Shown here in pieces: positions 40,219-52,266 of a stretch of 64,000 nt of DNA. The stretch comes from Haliotis cracherodii (lineage: Eukaryota), in contig NW_027266264.1 in the NCBI RefSeq assembly GCF_022045235.1, positions 47,554,001 through 47,618,000 of the forward strand, read 5' to 3'. Under the pieces are notes generated by a model. The model saw only the letters and a list, made by a program, of their open reading frames with translations, had not been told where the DNA came from and searched no databases. The number at the start of each line of letters is the position of its first letter. Positions within the stretch are counted from its first letter, which is position 1. A program made the translations under genes and the position numbers.

Positions 40219-41753
40219 CTTAGTAAGTATCGCTGCCATGTTTTCCTCTCATGATGACAAACATTATACACTGTATATTGTTTTGATATAATCTTTCAGG
40301 AACACATCCACTATTTGTGATATATAAATATTTGTTTCAGTTCAATATTTTAGACACTTAAAGTTTGGTATTTTAAAGTTTGTTTCACCGATAATGATCA
40401 ATGTTTGTTCTTTTGTAGAGTCGTGTCGTCACACACCGGAGGACTCCCCAGATTCACATATGCACCTGTTCCATGATAGCATGATGACATGCTCAAAAAC
40501 ACTTAAGCAATCCTTGATATTTTGTGTAGTTCTTTTTTAACATATTTACCATGTCAGTATCCCAATCACTATGCATTCCGCCACGTTAATATACCCAATC
40601 TTAAATGACTGTGGCGTCTGTCTGTTACAAATACTTTGCATAAAATTCCTTGTTGATAATTACGTAAACATACATTTATCTTAGAAGAGATGTCATACTG
40701 TATATATCTTCACCTCGTGTTCGTTCGAAACCATCTGTTCTCATACAGTGAGTATCGTTTTACGCCGCTTTCAGTAATTTTCCAGCAATATAACGGCGGT
40801 GGACACCATAAATTGGCTTCACACATTGTACCCATCTGTTGATTCGAATCCGGATCTTCATCGTGGCGAGCGACCCCTTTAACCACAGGGCTACCCCACG
40901 GCCCCTCCATCTGTTCTGTCTCTAGAAACAATGTAATCCGTGACAGTCGAGAGAGTATTTTCTGGTTTAATATTAACAGGTCAGTATTCGTTGATAGTGA
41001 AATCACAATGAATTAAAAAAATGAATTTGTTCGGTTACTCTTTGCAACCTACTTGATTGTGTGTCGTATTGCTGTCCAGCTATCGGCCACTGGATTTTCT
41101 AGCGGTCGATAGCTGACAGGCTTTGGTGATTGAATTCAATCTTCTTCACCTCATTTTCCATCAAACAAAGCTTTCTGCTTAACATCATGAATGAGAGAAG
41201 CGTGATATTTGTTAATGTTATCTGAATCGTGTGTGTGTGTGTGTCATGTTGACACAAGGGATGTAACGATTTTACATTGCATGACGGAAAGCTTGACTCA
41301 ACATCAGGAAAACAAAACCAGTTTCATAACAAAAAATAAATGACTGCTCACACTGATACTGACTTCAGTTGTTTATTCGGATATGATCATATTAAACACA
41401 AGGGGACTGTTCAACTCCGCTCTGGCAATATTCCAGCAATTCACCACTAGATGACGATCCCTGTTTATGTTCTCTCCTATTAAACATTTCATTAAATTGT
41501 GCAGGTTAATCAAACATAGGTGAAACAATTCTTATATATCGTCTAAGGAGCCGCAATTGACTGTGCAGAGTTGCGTCCCTTGGGCAAATACGTATGATCG
41601 TGGGTTCGAATCCCGGTTCGCCCCTATTATGTTTCAAGGTTTGTCAACACCTCCGTGCTCATGGGTTTTACCAAAGTGGTAAAAGTCCTGCATCATTTCG
41701 GGCTTTCCTTCAAGTGTATACTATACGCGGAGAAAGCGGCGTAAAAACCTACT

Positions 41754-42223
41754 CAATCTCATTAAAATCAGATCTTAGTTCTCGCTACCGCTAAACAAAC
41801 ATCTGAGAACACCCCCATTACGGTCACGTCAGACCGACCTTGCGCGAACTTTGACCGACCAATTGAATGACTAACAAGAAGTCGACATTAGCCAATCAGC
41901 TTTCGCGTGCTTTACGGCACTAATTTCGAATTGGCGACTACGCTTCAAAACAAATTTTGACAAATTCTCGATTAAAATTTGAAAAGTGAACGAATGTACA
42001 TTCTGGAATGGCTGATAGATTGTCTAGATTGTATGGAATACCCCCTGTTAAAGTTTCCGAGGTTGCATGATTAGAAATCACATTCCTACTGTCGCTTTTA
42101 TGATCTTGTAAGCGACGCTCTGATTGGTCAGGTTAAAGGTCGTTCTGACGTGACCGCTAATGGGATGTCCTCAGATCTTTGTTTAGCGGTAGCGAGAACT
42201 AAGATCCGATTTTAATGAGATTG
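41754..42223. mobile_element. MITE with ~85-bp terminal inverted repeats, nested in a SINE tail
   Basis: caatctcattaaaatcagatcttagttctcgctaccgctaaacaaa... pairs with ...tttgtttagcggtagcgagaactaagatccgattttaatgagattg. Flanks aaacctact / aaacccact form a 9-bp TSD with one mismatch. Confidence 0.85.
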
Positions 42224-42439
42224 AAACCCACTCACTCACTCACTCACTCACCCACAGGGCATTTAAGTGAAATAAAGTATCAACTTAGTAACACGAGTGA
42301 CAAGAGTAAAGTCTTTCTTGGCTTTACTTTAGCAGCCATCGTGCTTGCCGCTGAAGTGAGGTTGAAACGTTTCATCACAGACATGTAGCAGTAGACTACT
42401 TTCTTCTCATGGCCAGCGCCCACGGCAGCTTAAACGTCA

Positions 42440-45400
42440 TTAATCTGTTATACAGAGAAAACAGTGACACCTTACACCAAATTCGACTTTCCTTAATATA
42501 TAGCTACCGAGAAATTAATTCATAACGTCTAACAAGTCATGCATGGTCAGTCAAAATTAACTGTAACCACTTTTGATATCGTGCCTTGTTAACAATACCT
42601 TGCCTCAATCAGGACTAACAATTCAAAAGGGTATTTTCTGATTGTATCATCATGCTTAGGAATAACTACTGGGCCAGCCCAATTGTCCATATCTTCAATG
42701 ATGCAAACAGACTATTTTATATACGTCTCACCTCATATAGTGATAAAAAGCGGGTGAAATTCAAACATTAAGGAGCCACACGTTTAGGGTTATGAGAAAC
42801 TATTATTATCTTAAAATACAGATGGTATATTTACGTAACAATGGGTTATCACAATAGAATCGATAATCCAATTTATAAAACATAACATATACACCATGGC
42901 ATAAAAGCAGTTTACTCCTTTCGAGTAAAAGAATGCACGTTTTGGCAGTAACACAGCATAATTCTGGACTAGACAAAATGAACATCATTAAACGTATTAA
43001 AATCTGCACATATTTCTTTGCATTTGGATAAAAGGGGACATTATATGTCAAAATAAATGGGGACAAAGTACTAAAACGTGCCTATGCATGAAGCGACCCT
43101 TTTGGGAACACAATCATATGCATGTTTACACAGGAATGACATTATTCTCCACTACAGGTGTAACTCACCATGAAACTTCCTGCGTATTCTCACAAGGTTG
43201 TCATCCGAGACGCTTCTCTCAAACTCGTTTTTAAAGAAGATTCTGAAACTGTTAAACAGGAACTATTTAGCTTTCATTGGAGATTAAACGATCATTTCCT
43301 CGTCAAAACCAAATGTCATTGAGTGAATATTTGAAGGGATATATAAATACAAAATTGCAAAAAGATTTGTGAAAATATGGTGAAATGTAATATTGGTGAG
43401 ATAATATTTCCCAAACAGAGCAAACAAATATGGCAAATATGAATATGACAAATATTTCGTGCAGGTTTATTTCACTGAAATGTGCAACTAATGCATTGGT
43501 ATATCAGTGTCTATGTCAGTAAACTGAAATGTGCAACTATTGCCTTGGTATACCACTGCCCATGTATGTAAACTGAAATGTGCAACTACTGCCTTGGTAT
43601 ACCACCGTCCATGTCTGTAAACTGAAATGTGCAACTATTGCCTTGGTATACCACTGTCCATGTATGTAAACTGAAATGTGCAACTATTGCCTTGGTGTAC
43701 CACTGTCCATGTATGTAAACTGAAATGTGCAACTATTGTCTAGGTATACCACCGTCCATGTCTGTAAACTGAAATGTGCAACTATTGCCTTGGTATACCA
43801 CTGTCCATGTATGTAAACTGAAATGTGCAACTATTGCCTTGGTGTACCACTGTCCATGTATGTAAACTGAAATGTGCAACTATTGCTTAGGTATACCATA
43901 TTCCATGTCTGTAAACTGAAATGTGCAACTACTCCCTTGGTGTACCAGCCCATGTATGTTAATTGAAATGTGCAACTACTGCCTAGGTATACCAGCCATT
44001 GTATGTAAACTGAAATGTGCAACTATTGCCTAGGTGTACCACTGTCCATGTCTGTAAACTGAAATGTGCAACTATTGACCAGGTATACAGCTGTCCGTGT
44101 ATGTGAACTGAAATGTGCAACTATTGACCAGGTATACCACTGTCCATGTATGTAAACTGAAATGTGCAACTATTGACCAGGTATACCACTGCCCATGTAT
44201 GTAAACTGAAATGTGCAACTACTGCCTTGGTGTACCACCGTCCATGTATGTAAACTGAAATGTGCAACTTTTGACCAGGTATACCACTCTCCGTGTATGT
44301 AAACTGAAATGTGCAACTATTGCCATGGTATACCACTGTCCACGTCTGTATACTGAAATGTGCAACTATTGCCTTGGTATACCATATTCCATGTCTGTTA
44401 ACTGAAATGTGCAACTATGGCCTAGGTATACCACCGTCCATGTATGTAAACTGACATGTGCAACTATTGCCTTGGTGTACCAGCCCATGTATGTAAACTG
44501 ACATGTGCAACTATTGCCTTGGTGTACCACTGTCCATGTATGTAAACTGAAATGTGCAACTATTGTCTAGGTATACCACTGTCCATGTATGTAAACTGAA
44601 ATGTGCAACTATTGCCTTGGTATATCATTTTCCATGTCTGTAAACGGAAATGTGCAACTATTGGCTTGGTGTACCACTGTCCATGTATGTTAACTGAAAT
44701 GTGCAACTACTGCCTTGGTGTACCATTTTCCCAGTCTGTTAACTGAAATGTGCAACTATTGCCTAGGTATACCACTGTCCATGTATGTAAACGGAAATGT
44801 GCAACTGTTGCCTAGGGATACCACTGTCCATGTATATAAACTGAAATGTGCAACTATTGCCTAGGTATACCACTGTCCATGTATGTAAACTGAAATATGC
44901 AACTTTTGACCAGGTGTACCACTGCCCATGTATGTAAACTGACATGTGCAATTACTGCCTTGATATACCATTGTCCATATTTCTATACTGAAATGTGCAA
45001 CTACTGCCTTGATATACCATTGTCCATATTTCTATACTAACATGTGCAACTACTGCCTTGATATACCATTGTCCATGTTTCTATACTGAAATGTGCAACT
45101 ACTGCCTTGATATACCATTGTCCATGTTTCTATACTGAAATGTGCAACTACTGCCTTGATATACCATTGTCCATGTTTCTATACTGAAATGTGCAACTAC
45201 TGCCTTGATATACCATTGTCCATGTTTCTATACTGAAATGTGCAACTACTGCCTTGATATACCATTGTCCATGTTTCTATACTGAAATGTGCAACTACTG
45301 CCTTGATATACCATTGTCCATGTTTCTATACTGAAATGTGCAACTACTGCCTTGATATACCATTATCCATATTTCTATACTGAAATGTGCAACTACTGCC

Positions 45401-46529
45401 TTGATATACCATTGTCCATGTTTCTATACTGAAATGTGCAACTACTGCCTTGATATACCATTATCCATATTTCTATACTGAAATGTGCAACTACTGCCTT
45501 GATATACCATTATCCATATTTCTATACTGAAATGTGCAACTACTGCCTTGATATACCTTTGTCCATTTCTGTGTAACAAGCATGTCCCTGTTCTTTTTCT
45601 CCTGTATTCCTTTTTCATCTTCGCATCTTCCTCCTTGGAGTAATTCTGCCACCCATGCGTTCTGTCCTGGCGCTGCCACACATACTGACTCTCCTCCTGG
45701 CTCTGTCCCTCGTCCGCGGTACCTGTATGTTTACATGTGTTCATTTTAAAACATGGGCATGTTGTTTCATCACATAGTGTACCGCGGTAGTATGGATGGG
45801 AACATGGTCAAACAAACTCACTCACTCATTACATAGGGTAGTTTGAAATGGTTAGGTGACGGACAAGTATATATAACCAAACATGTTCTGCAATTATCAA
45901 CATTTAGTAACAAAACGTAGAAAACAATCATTCCTCGTACTGTCAATCATCAGTACACGATAATGCATACCTTCTCTTAGGCTCAAACATTTGAGTATAA
46001 CTCCAGTTGCGTAAAAGTCATGCTGGTGAAAACGTTCAAATCACTGATGCATGTTCAGTTCTTGTTTGTTCTTGACCTCAAGTCATGATTTTTGATGGAA
46101 TTGCGCCGATTGTTTTCATGAGTGTCGTCCACATACGAATGCATCCACACACCAAATATTTGTATTCTGAGGCTGATACTTTTCAGGATAGCTCTCATGG
46201 CGTAAAAGTCATGCATGTGAAAAAGTTCAAATCACTAATGCATGTTCAGTTCTGTTTGTTCTTGACCTCGTCATGATTTTTGATGGAATTGCGCAAAAAA
46301 AAAATTATGAGTGTCGACGATATCAGAATGCATTGACACATCAAATATTTGTATTCTTAGGCTCAAACATTTGAGTATAACTCCCGTTGCGTAAAAGTCA
46401 TGCATGTGAAAAAGTTCGAATCACTGATGCATGTTCAGTTCTGTTTGATCTTGACCTCAAGTCATGATTTTTGATGGAATTGCGCCAATTGTTTTCATGA
46501 GTGTCGGCCATATAGGAATGCATTTACAC

Positions 46530-46612
<83 letters not shown>

Positions 46613-49600
46613 TGTACGTTGGTTGGTGTTTGTAACCTTCACTGCAGTTGGTGCTGGGAGTTTTCGCTCCTTCTCATTCATCTGATTCCTGAGGACATTA
46701 TAGTTGTAAATCGTCACTTTAAATACATCATATTTTTCATATCATCTGACCACAAAACTAAGATCATTGTTAAAATGGCATGGGGATTATTTACGAGTAA
46801 CTAAGTATGGGGACGGTGGTATACAAATATCTTCAACTAATCATATCTTACCGAACTGATACCTCAAACTTGTTTTCTTCACCGAACCTGTACTCGTGTA
46901 TCTCCCCACTGGCCCACATCACCTGTAACAGCACAGTTTACACTATACATATTTGTCTTGCTCACATGTTAAGAATATTTCACTTAAGGCTGTCTCGTAG
47001 ATGCAACATTTTCAGACGCCATAGAACAAAGAACATCGGAATGGACAGCATGAATTCCTCTAAGAAATGTGGTTCTGCATGCATAATTTTACCTTCACAC
47101 GCAAACCTCTGGCTCTGATGACCACGCCGCAACTCCCTGGTCCACCATCTTGATTTTTGTGAGACCAGTCAGGACCTGCCGTAGTAAATATTTAACATTG
47201 TTTTGACACTGTATAGTATATATACTACCATTAACGAAGAGTAAGAAAACCAAGCCATGAACATGCAATACTCTTTTCTTTACCTTTTGAAGTGGTGATT
47301 TATTCAGAAATATTTCCCGTCTTATAACAATAAACATATATCTTATGAGCTTCTGAAATCCAACTGATGTCAATAAAGAAAATATTCAATTCAACCGAGC
47401 TACCTCTCTCAACCTGCACACCGACATCTATCAGCCGACCCGGGAGTAGCTGTCGCGGCTGATCTGTTGGCAGTACATCATACCCTGTTGCTGCCCCACA
47501 GCGATACACATTCCTGAAGCCATTGTCCCACAACACCCACACGGACTCTAAAAGTAATATGGAATCCTACATTATGTGCATTCATATTAAGATTATTCGC
47601 ACAACATTAAAACAAATAGTTAATATGGGCATTAGTTTCGAATTAATACATAGTGAATGTCCTATTCAATACGATACATGTTACTGTACTAGGTTTGTGT
47701 CACGTAATTCAAGTTTCTAAAACTTAGCTTATATGTTTTACCTCCTTCTTGTCCGTGGTTGTAGACGGTTCCCGGGAGTCCGGAATCTTGGTTGTCCCAC
47801 ATCCAGTCCGGCCCTCTCACAACCCTAGACCCTAGTGGGGGCAAGTTTTCATTTATGTGGATGTTGTCAAATCTGTCCAACGACTTCATATTAAATACAT
47901 CCTTGTACAGAATATTATGGACAAATGTGGCCACTTGAACCTGAAAAAGAGTTCGGTAACAATAAACAAACGGAATTCTTCTTACGAGGTGCCATGTTCG
48001 GTCAAACTACAAGTGTATGACGTGATGTTTGATGGTGCATACAGTAAACACTGATACTCAAGTGAGGTCATTTTGCAATCAATGAGCACATGTAGAAGTT
48101 GGAACTTCTGATTACTTATTCTAGGTAAGCATTCATTTTTGTAATATATCTGAGGAATTGTGGCCATGTGTTTATATAATAATATATAATCACAGGAAAA
48201 GACAAGAAATATTAAGTGATACTAGTACTGTAATTCAATAGTTTTATTTGATTCGTCTGTCAGCATTTGAAACTATTTTCTGAACTGCTGATCTATCAGA
48301 TAAAATAAAGTTTACCTTATCATCATATCGCAGATCCAAACCAAAAGCGTCGATGACAGTGTCGATCATTCGGGGATTGTCGGCCTGAGATTTCATGTAG
48401 TTCAAGACGTTGGCACTAACCCTCTGGAAATGATGATACGAAGTAGAGATGCCGAGTATTTGCATTTACATTATTTCTCAGGGACAGTGATATACAATAC
48501 ACATTTCACTATTTACATCCCCCTTTCATTACGATGTGTTACTTTTACACAATGCCCAGAAGTCTAAGTGCCGACTACACATCAACTCATATTCCAACGG
48601 GTATAGACCAAAAAAGAATTCTTACCTTTATTTTCTGGTAATTGCAGAGTGTTGTGAGATCATTTGGTGAAGTATATGTGCCATCACTGACGGATGCCAT
48701 TTGTCTTAGAAAGTCCTATAGATTAAAACAAATATCACTTTATCTGATATCAAAACGTTCTTTAAAGTCAAGTTGATTTGAAATCTTGAATTCCGTAAAA
48801 TCAACTTGTACTTCTACAATGTTACTGACACAGACAGATCTGAGGAACGCGTGTACATGGCAAGCAAGGAAAGTGACCTTACATTGTTTGCATCTCCAAC
48901 AGGCACCCACACGAGAGGACCAGCAATGTCCTGTTTACTGCGATCACTGCTCAAAACACTTGCAACGGACAGGAGCCTTGTCTTCTCCTAATACAAATGT
49001 TTCAGAGTTACAGATAGTTTATGCATTTGTCAAATAAAATACAAGTGAAATAAAACATATCTATGTTTGTTTAGAAGCTTATCCTTGCATCATTATGTGT
49101 CCATCCCTCGACAAAACAGACTGACCTATTCAAAATACAAGCTAGAATACTCACTATCATAATTCTAAAATCAGGATACGTAATTAAATATATGGGAAGG
49201 TACTTTAGAATATGTTGTAACACATTTGAGCATGCATATATAAGTGCACTGCTCACCTTTTCGCTGACATGACGATTGTCGGCAGAATGTTGATGATTTT
49301 CACTGGATGCTTGGCCATCAGTTAAGAAAACAATCCTTGGTGGTACCTTCAGAAGCCCAAATGTGCATACACCACCTGAAATAGACCATCAACACAATGA
49401 ATCTGTCCCTCTGCAAAGGGCTCCAAAATATATAAAGTTTTGCTTGAGGATTTCAATTAATTAACAGTTGCCATACCTTTAGTTATGCAAGCCAAGCTAT
49501 AGAGTAGTCCCTGAAGAAGCGGCGAGTGTCCCTTGGGTGTGATGTTTTCTGTAAAATGGAAATATATAGAGTAGGAAATCAGTCCGAACACACTACAATG

Positions 49601-51791
49601 TATCAATATCCAAATTGTATAAAAGAAAAACAATAAAAACTATTACTATTGTTTAGCAACCATGAATACATATATGGTGCCATATATGATCCTGTGAACA
49701 AAATAGAAGTACTACCTATTGCATCCCTGAGACTTCCATAGTCGTTAGTTAAATGATGCAATACCCTCGGTCGCCCTCCAAATGTTACAAGTGCAACATT
49801 CTCTTCAATGTCATGTTTTTCTGCTGTTTCTTCAAGACCTGCACAGATGAGAAAAGCATGCTGAATCCAGGTGAACAAAGATTCGATGTGACAAGTGTAT
49901 CACAAACATATTTTACTAAACAGGCAAATTGCAATAATCATATTTAGTGGACAAATTTGCAACAATTTATTATGAAACGCATGTATTAGATCTGTAAGTA
50001 TGTGCTTTTAGATATGTGAATTTGTTACCCTTGATAAATCTTCGGAGGAAGTTTTTGATGTCCCTCAATGCATTGTCACTTATACTCTCGGATGTATCTA
50101 TGCACAAGACGGTGTCAAGAGAAGTTTCAGCCATCGGAATATCTCCCGCTACAAGAATATAAAGCTATACCATGTACAAATAGTTACATTAGTTGTACAT
50201 TATCGATAAGAGCAACTTTGACAAACTAACATCAATAATACTTTCGATCTCTTTTATGTTACGGGGTCAGTCATTAGATATTCGGGTTGGAGGTCTGAGA
50301 TTTTATATAGAGTCAGCTACAGCTGAAACACTAGATATTTTATTAAATAAAACTTTGAGCCTAAATATATTTTTTTATAAAAAACGCTTTGCAACAATGT
50401 GATTTTTGTGGCAAACATTTTCTTTGTTTCATCTGTAAATTACGCATTATCATTTTTTTCAAGCATTTTCGTGGACAATTTATTATGTCCCATAAAATAC
50501 CAGCCCCGAAACTGAAATGGTCGAACCAAAGTTATCAATAAGGAGTTTTTTAAAAGAAGTTGTTATTGGGATTATATTAACCAACTAATAATGAAGTCAA
50601 ACCTATTTCAAGTGCTTCCTCCACACCACGCCATAGTGAGCCATTGTAGGGGTTGCTGCTGTTGAGAACATCAATGCTCAGCAATGCTTGTATGCTTGCT
50701 CTGCCGGACCTACTAGCACCAGCCTTCCTTTTGCTCAACTTTGCCTCAAACCTTTCTCTACGAAACACAACATGCCCTTGCGATTAACCACTCGCGCTTT
50801 TTACTATTCATGAATAAGAGTTACCAAACTGCATACAATATTCTATGTATACAAAGGTAATTATTGGGTACAACCTTTGTGTACAGTATACTGTGATACC
50901 TTAAGTACCCGAGAGGTAGAAGTACTTTATCAAATACATGTTTAGTAAAGCTGGTACAATACGAATATTATTAGGGAGAAGGCGGTAATAAGTGTTGCAC
51001 TTGTGCCCAATGCCTTTGTCTTATTGGACAATAAAATATGTTTAATAATAACGAATATTATATATTGCCTGGAAATTTGTATAGGATTGCATCATTACTA
51101 CGATTAGTGCCAGACTATACCTTGTAGAAGGATCATTCAGTAATTGATCGGTGTGACCACCCATTTCCCTTCTCAACATGCGCTCCACCAGACCAACAGC
51201 ATCGTCCTCGGAGTCTGGGTTCAGCTCATCACAACTAACACCCGTCAGTCGCCCCACGGCTCTGAAGTCATCCACAGTCGCTACGGGTAACACTCTTGAA
51301 CGAAGAAACTGTCTCAATAAATCACTTAATGGACGAACGGTTGGTTTGTTATTCTTCCCCCTGACCAAGTGTCCTTTGGTTTCTATGATGCTTGTTTTGG
51401 AGGATGGGGGACTGTTTGGGGTGTCTTTTTGCAATGGACGATCAATCAGATCTGTTGCTGGTGTTGAAAATTTGTCGGCTTCTAACGTTCCAAGAACAAC
51501 CACAGTTTCGGAACTTCCAACCTCATATTCTACATGCTGCTGTTGGGTGGGTAGTGAACTAGTGTTGTCTGTAGGACTCTTGTCAGCCTCCTGCTCCCGG
51601 ATTTCAAACAACTGTGCATTGTCGGCAATCGATGCAAGCAACTGCATGAGGTTGGATCTCAAGTAAACATATTGTTGCCTTTGACGTTCAAACTCTGTCT
51701 CTATCAATATTCTCTGGGCATGTATTTCCGCTTCAATGGAAGCAAATCTCTGTCTTCTCCTTGTATTACGTTCACCTTGAAGGCTCCCCAT
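42440..51791 (-). CDS. Paralog G4: coiled-coil/IDR/VWA/2x MIB-HERC2/WWE; N-terminal domain apparently lost
   Basis: Exons approx.: 51791-51121, 50757-50603, 50149-50029 (DTVLCIDTSES), 49838-49716, 49548-49477, 49375-49257 (PRIVFLTDG), ~48985-48881, 48715-48626, 48423-48316, 47940-47742 (LPPLGSRVVRGPDWMWDNQD), 47546-47404, 47175-47093, 46922-46852, ~46701-46612, 45722-45557 (WWE), 43248-43169, 42444-42440 (TAA). The start codon is uncertain. Confidence 0.85.
43473..45570. repeat. 49-bp minisatellite, roughly 42-43 copies, in the WWE-splitting intron of G4
   Basis: Unit tactgccttgatataccattgtccatgtttctatactgaaatgtgcaac. A homogeneous block spans ~44950-45570 and a more variable subtype spans 43473-44950. 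Confidence 0.97.
45975..46535. repeat. ~190-bp tandem repeat, about 3 copies
   Basis: aggct..cgtaaaagtcatgc..tcactgatgcatgttcagttc..catgatttttgatggaattgcgc recurs from ~45976, ~46167 and ~46356. Confidence 0.9.
46535..46608. repeat. (CT)n microsatellite abutting a G4 splice donor
   Basis: Directly visible; on the minus strand it reads ACAG|gtgagagagag... Confidence 0.97.
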
Positions 51792-51888
51792 TATTGTACA
51801 GTCAGTTTGCTTAATGTTGCTGTTTCTCTAAACACATAAAACGTTTTGCCAGTTTGATTTATTTTCACTAATAATTTATGCCACGCAC

Positions 51889-52266
51889 CTTACATCTGCA
51901 AATGTAAAAAGGTATAAACACAAATTCAGATTTAGGAGGCATGACACGTGCATGGTGTGCATCCAACACATGTCTTAGATTGGCTATTAATGTGTATCTG
52001 GAAAAAAACATCTGCGTCGGACTATTTTATTTCTATTGATTTCTTCAAAATATCTGTCATTTTCCGCTTGGAATATTCCGTGTATGCTGTCATCCGACGC
52101 TGCACACATGTCAAAAGTATGCAGGGCATGGAGCTATACTTCCCTGCCTTTTATGATCTTCAGATGAGGCCGGAAGTGACGTACATTCATGACAATTGTA
52201 TCGACCGAGTGCGGATTGAATACACTTCATCCTGCCTTCCAAATACATCGTTGCAGATTTTCTTAT
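51889..52266 (-). pseudogene. Possible decayed N-terminal-domain exon of G4
   Basis: Sits where the N-domain exon lies in G1-G3, with candidate splice sites (atttag / gtgcgt). It has stops in all frames, but patches such as QIHINSQSKTCVGCTPCTCH resemble G3 LHIGIHKSKTVSMETGPWCFH. Confidence 0.4.

Noticed and set aside
43831-44951. Short ORFs in the 49-bp array
   Set aside because: They are frame-cycling translations of an intronic minisatellite.
52170-52182. CCGGAAGTGACGT ETS/CRE-like motif
   Set aside because: It is a single short hit inside a probable decayed exon, with no supporting evidence.
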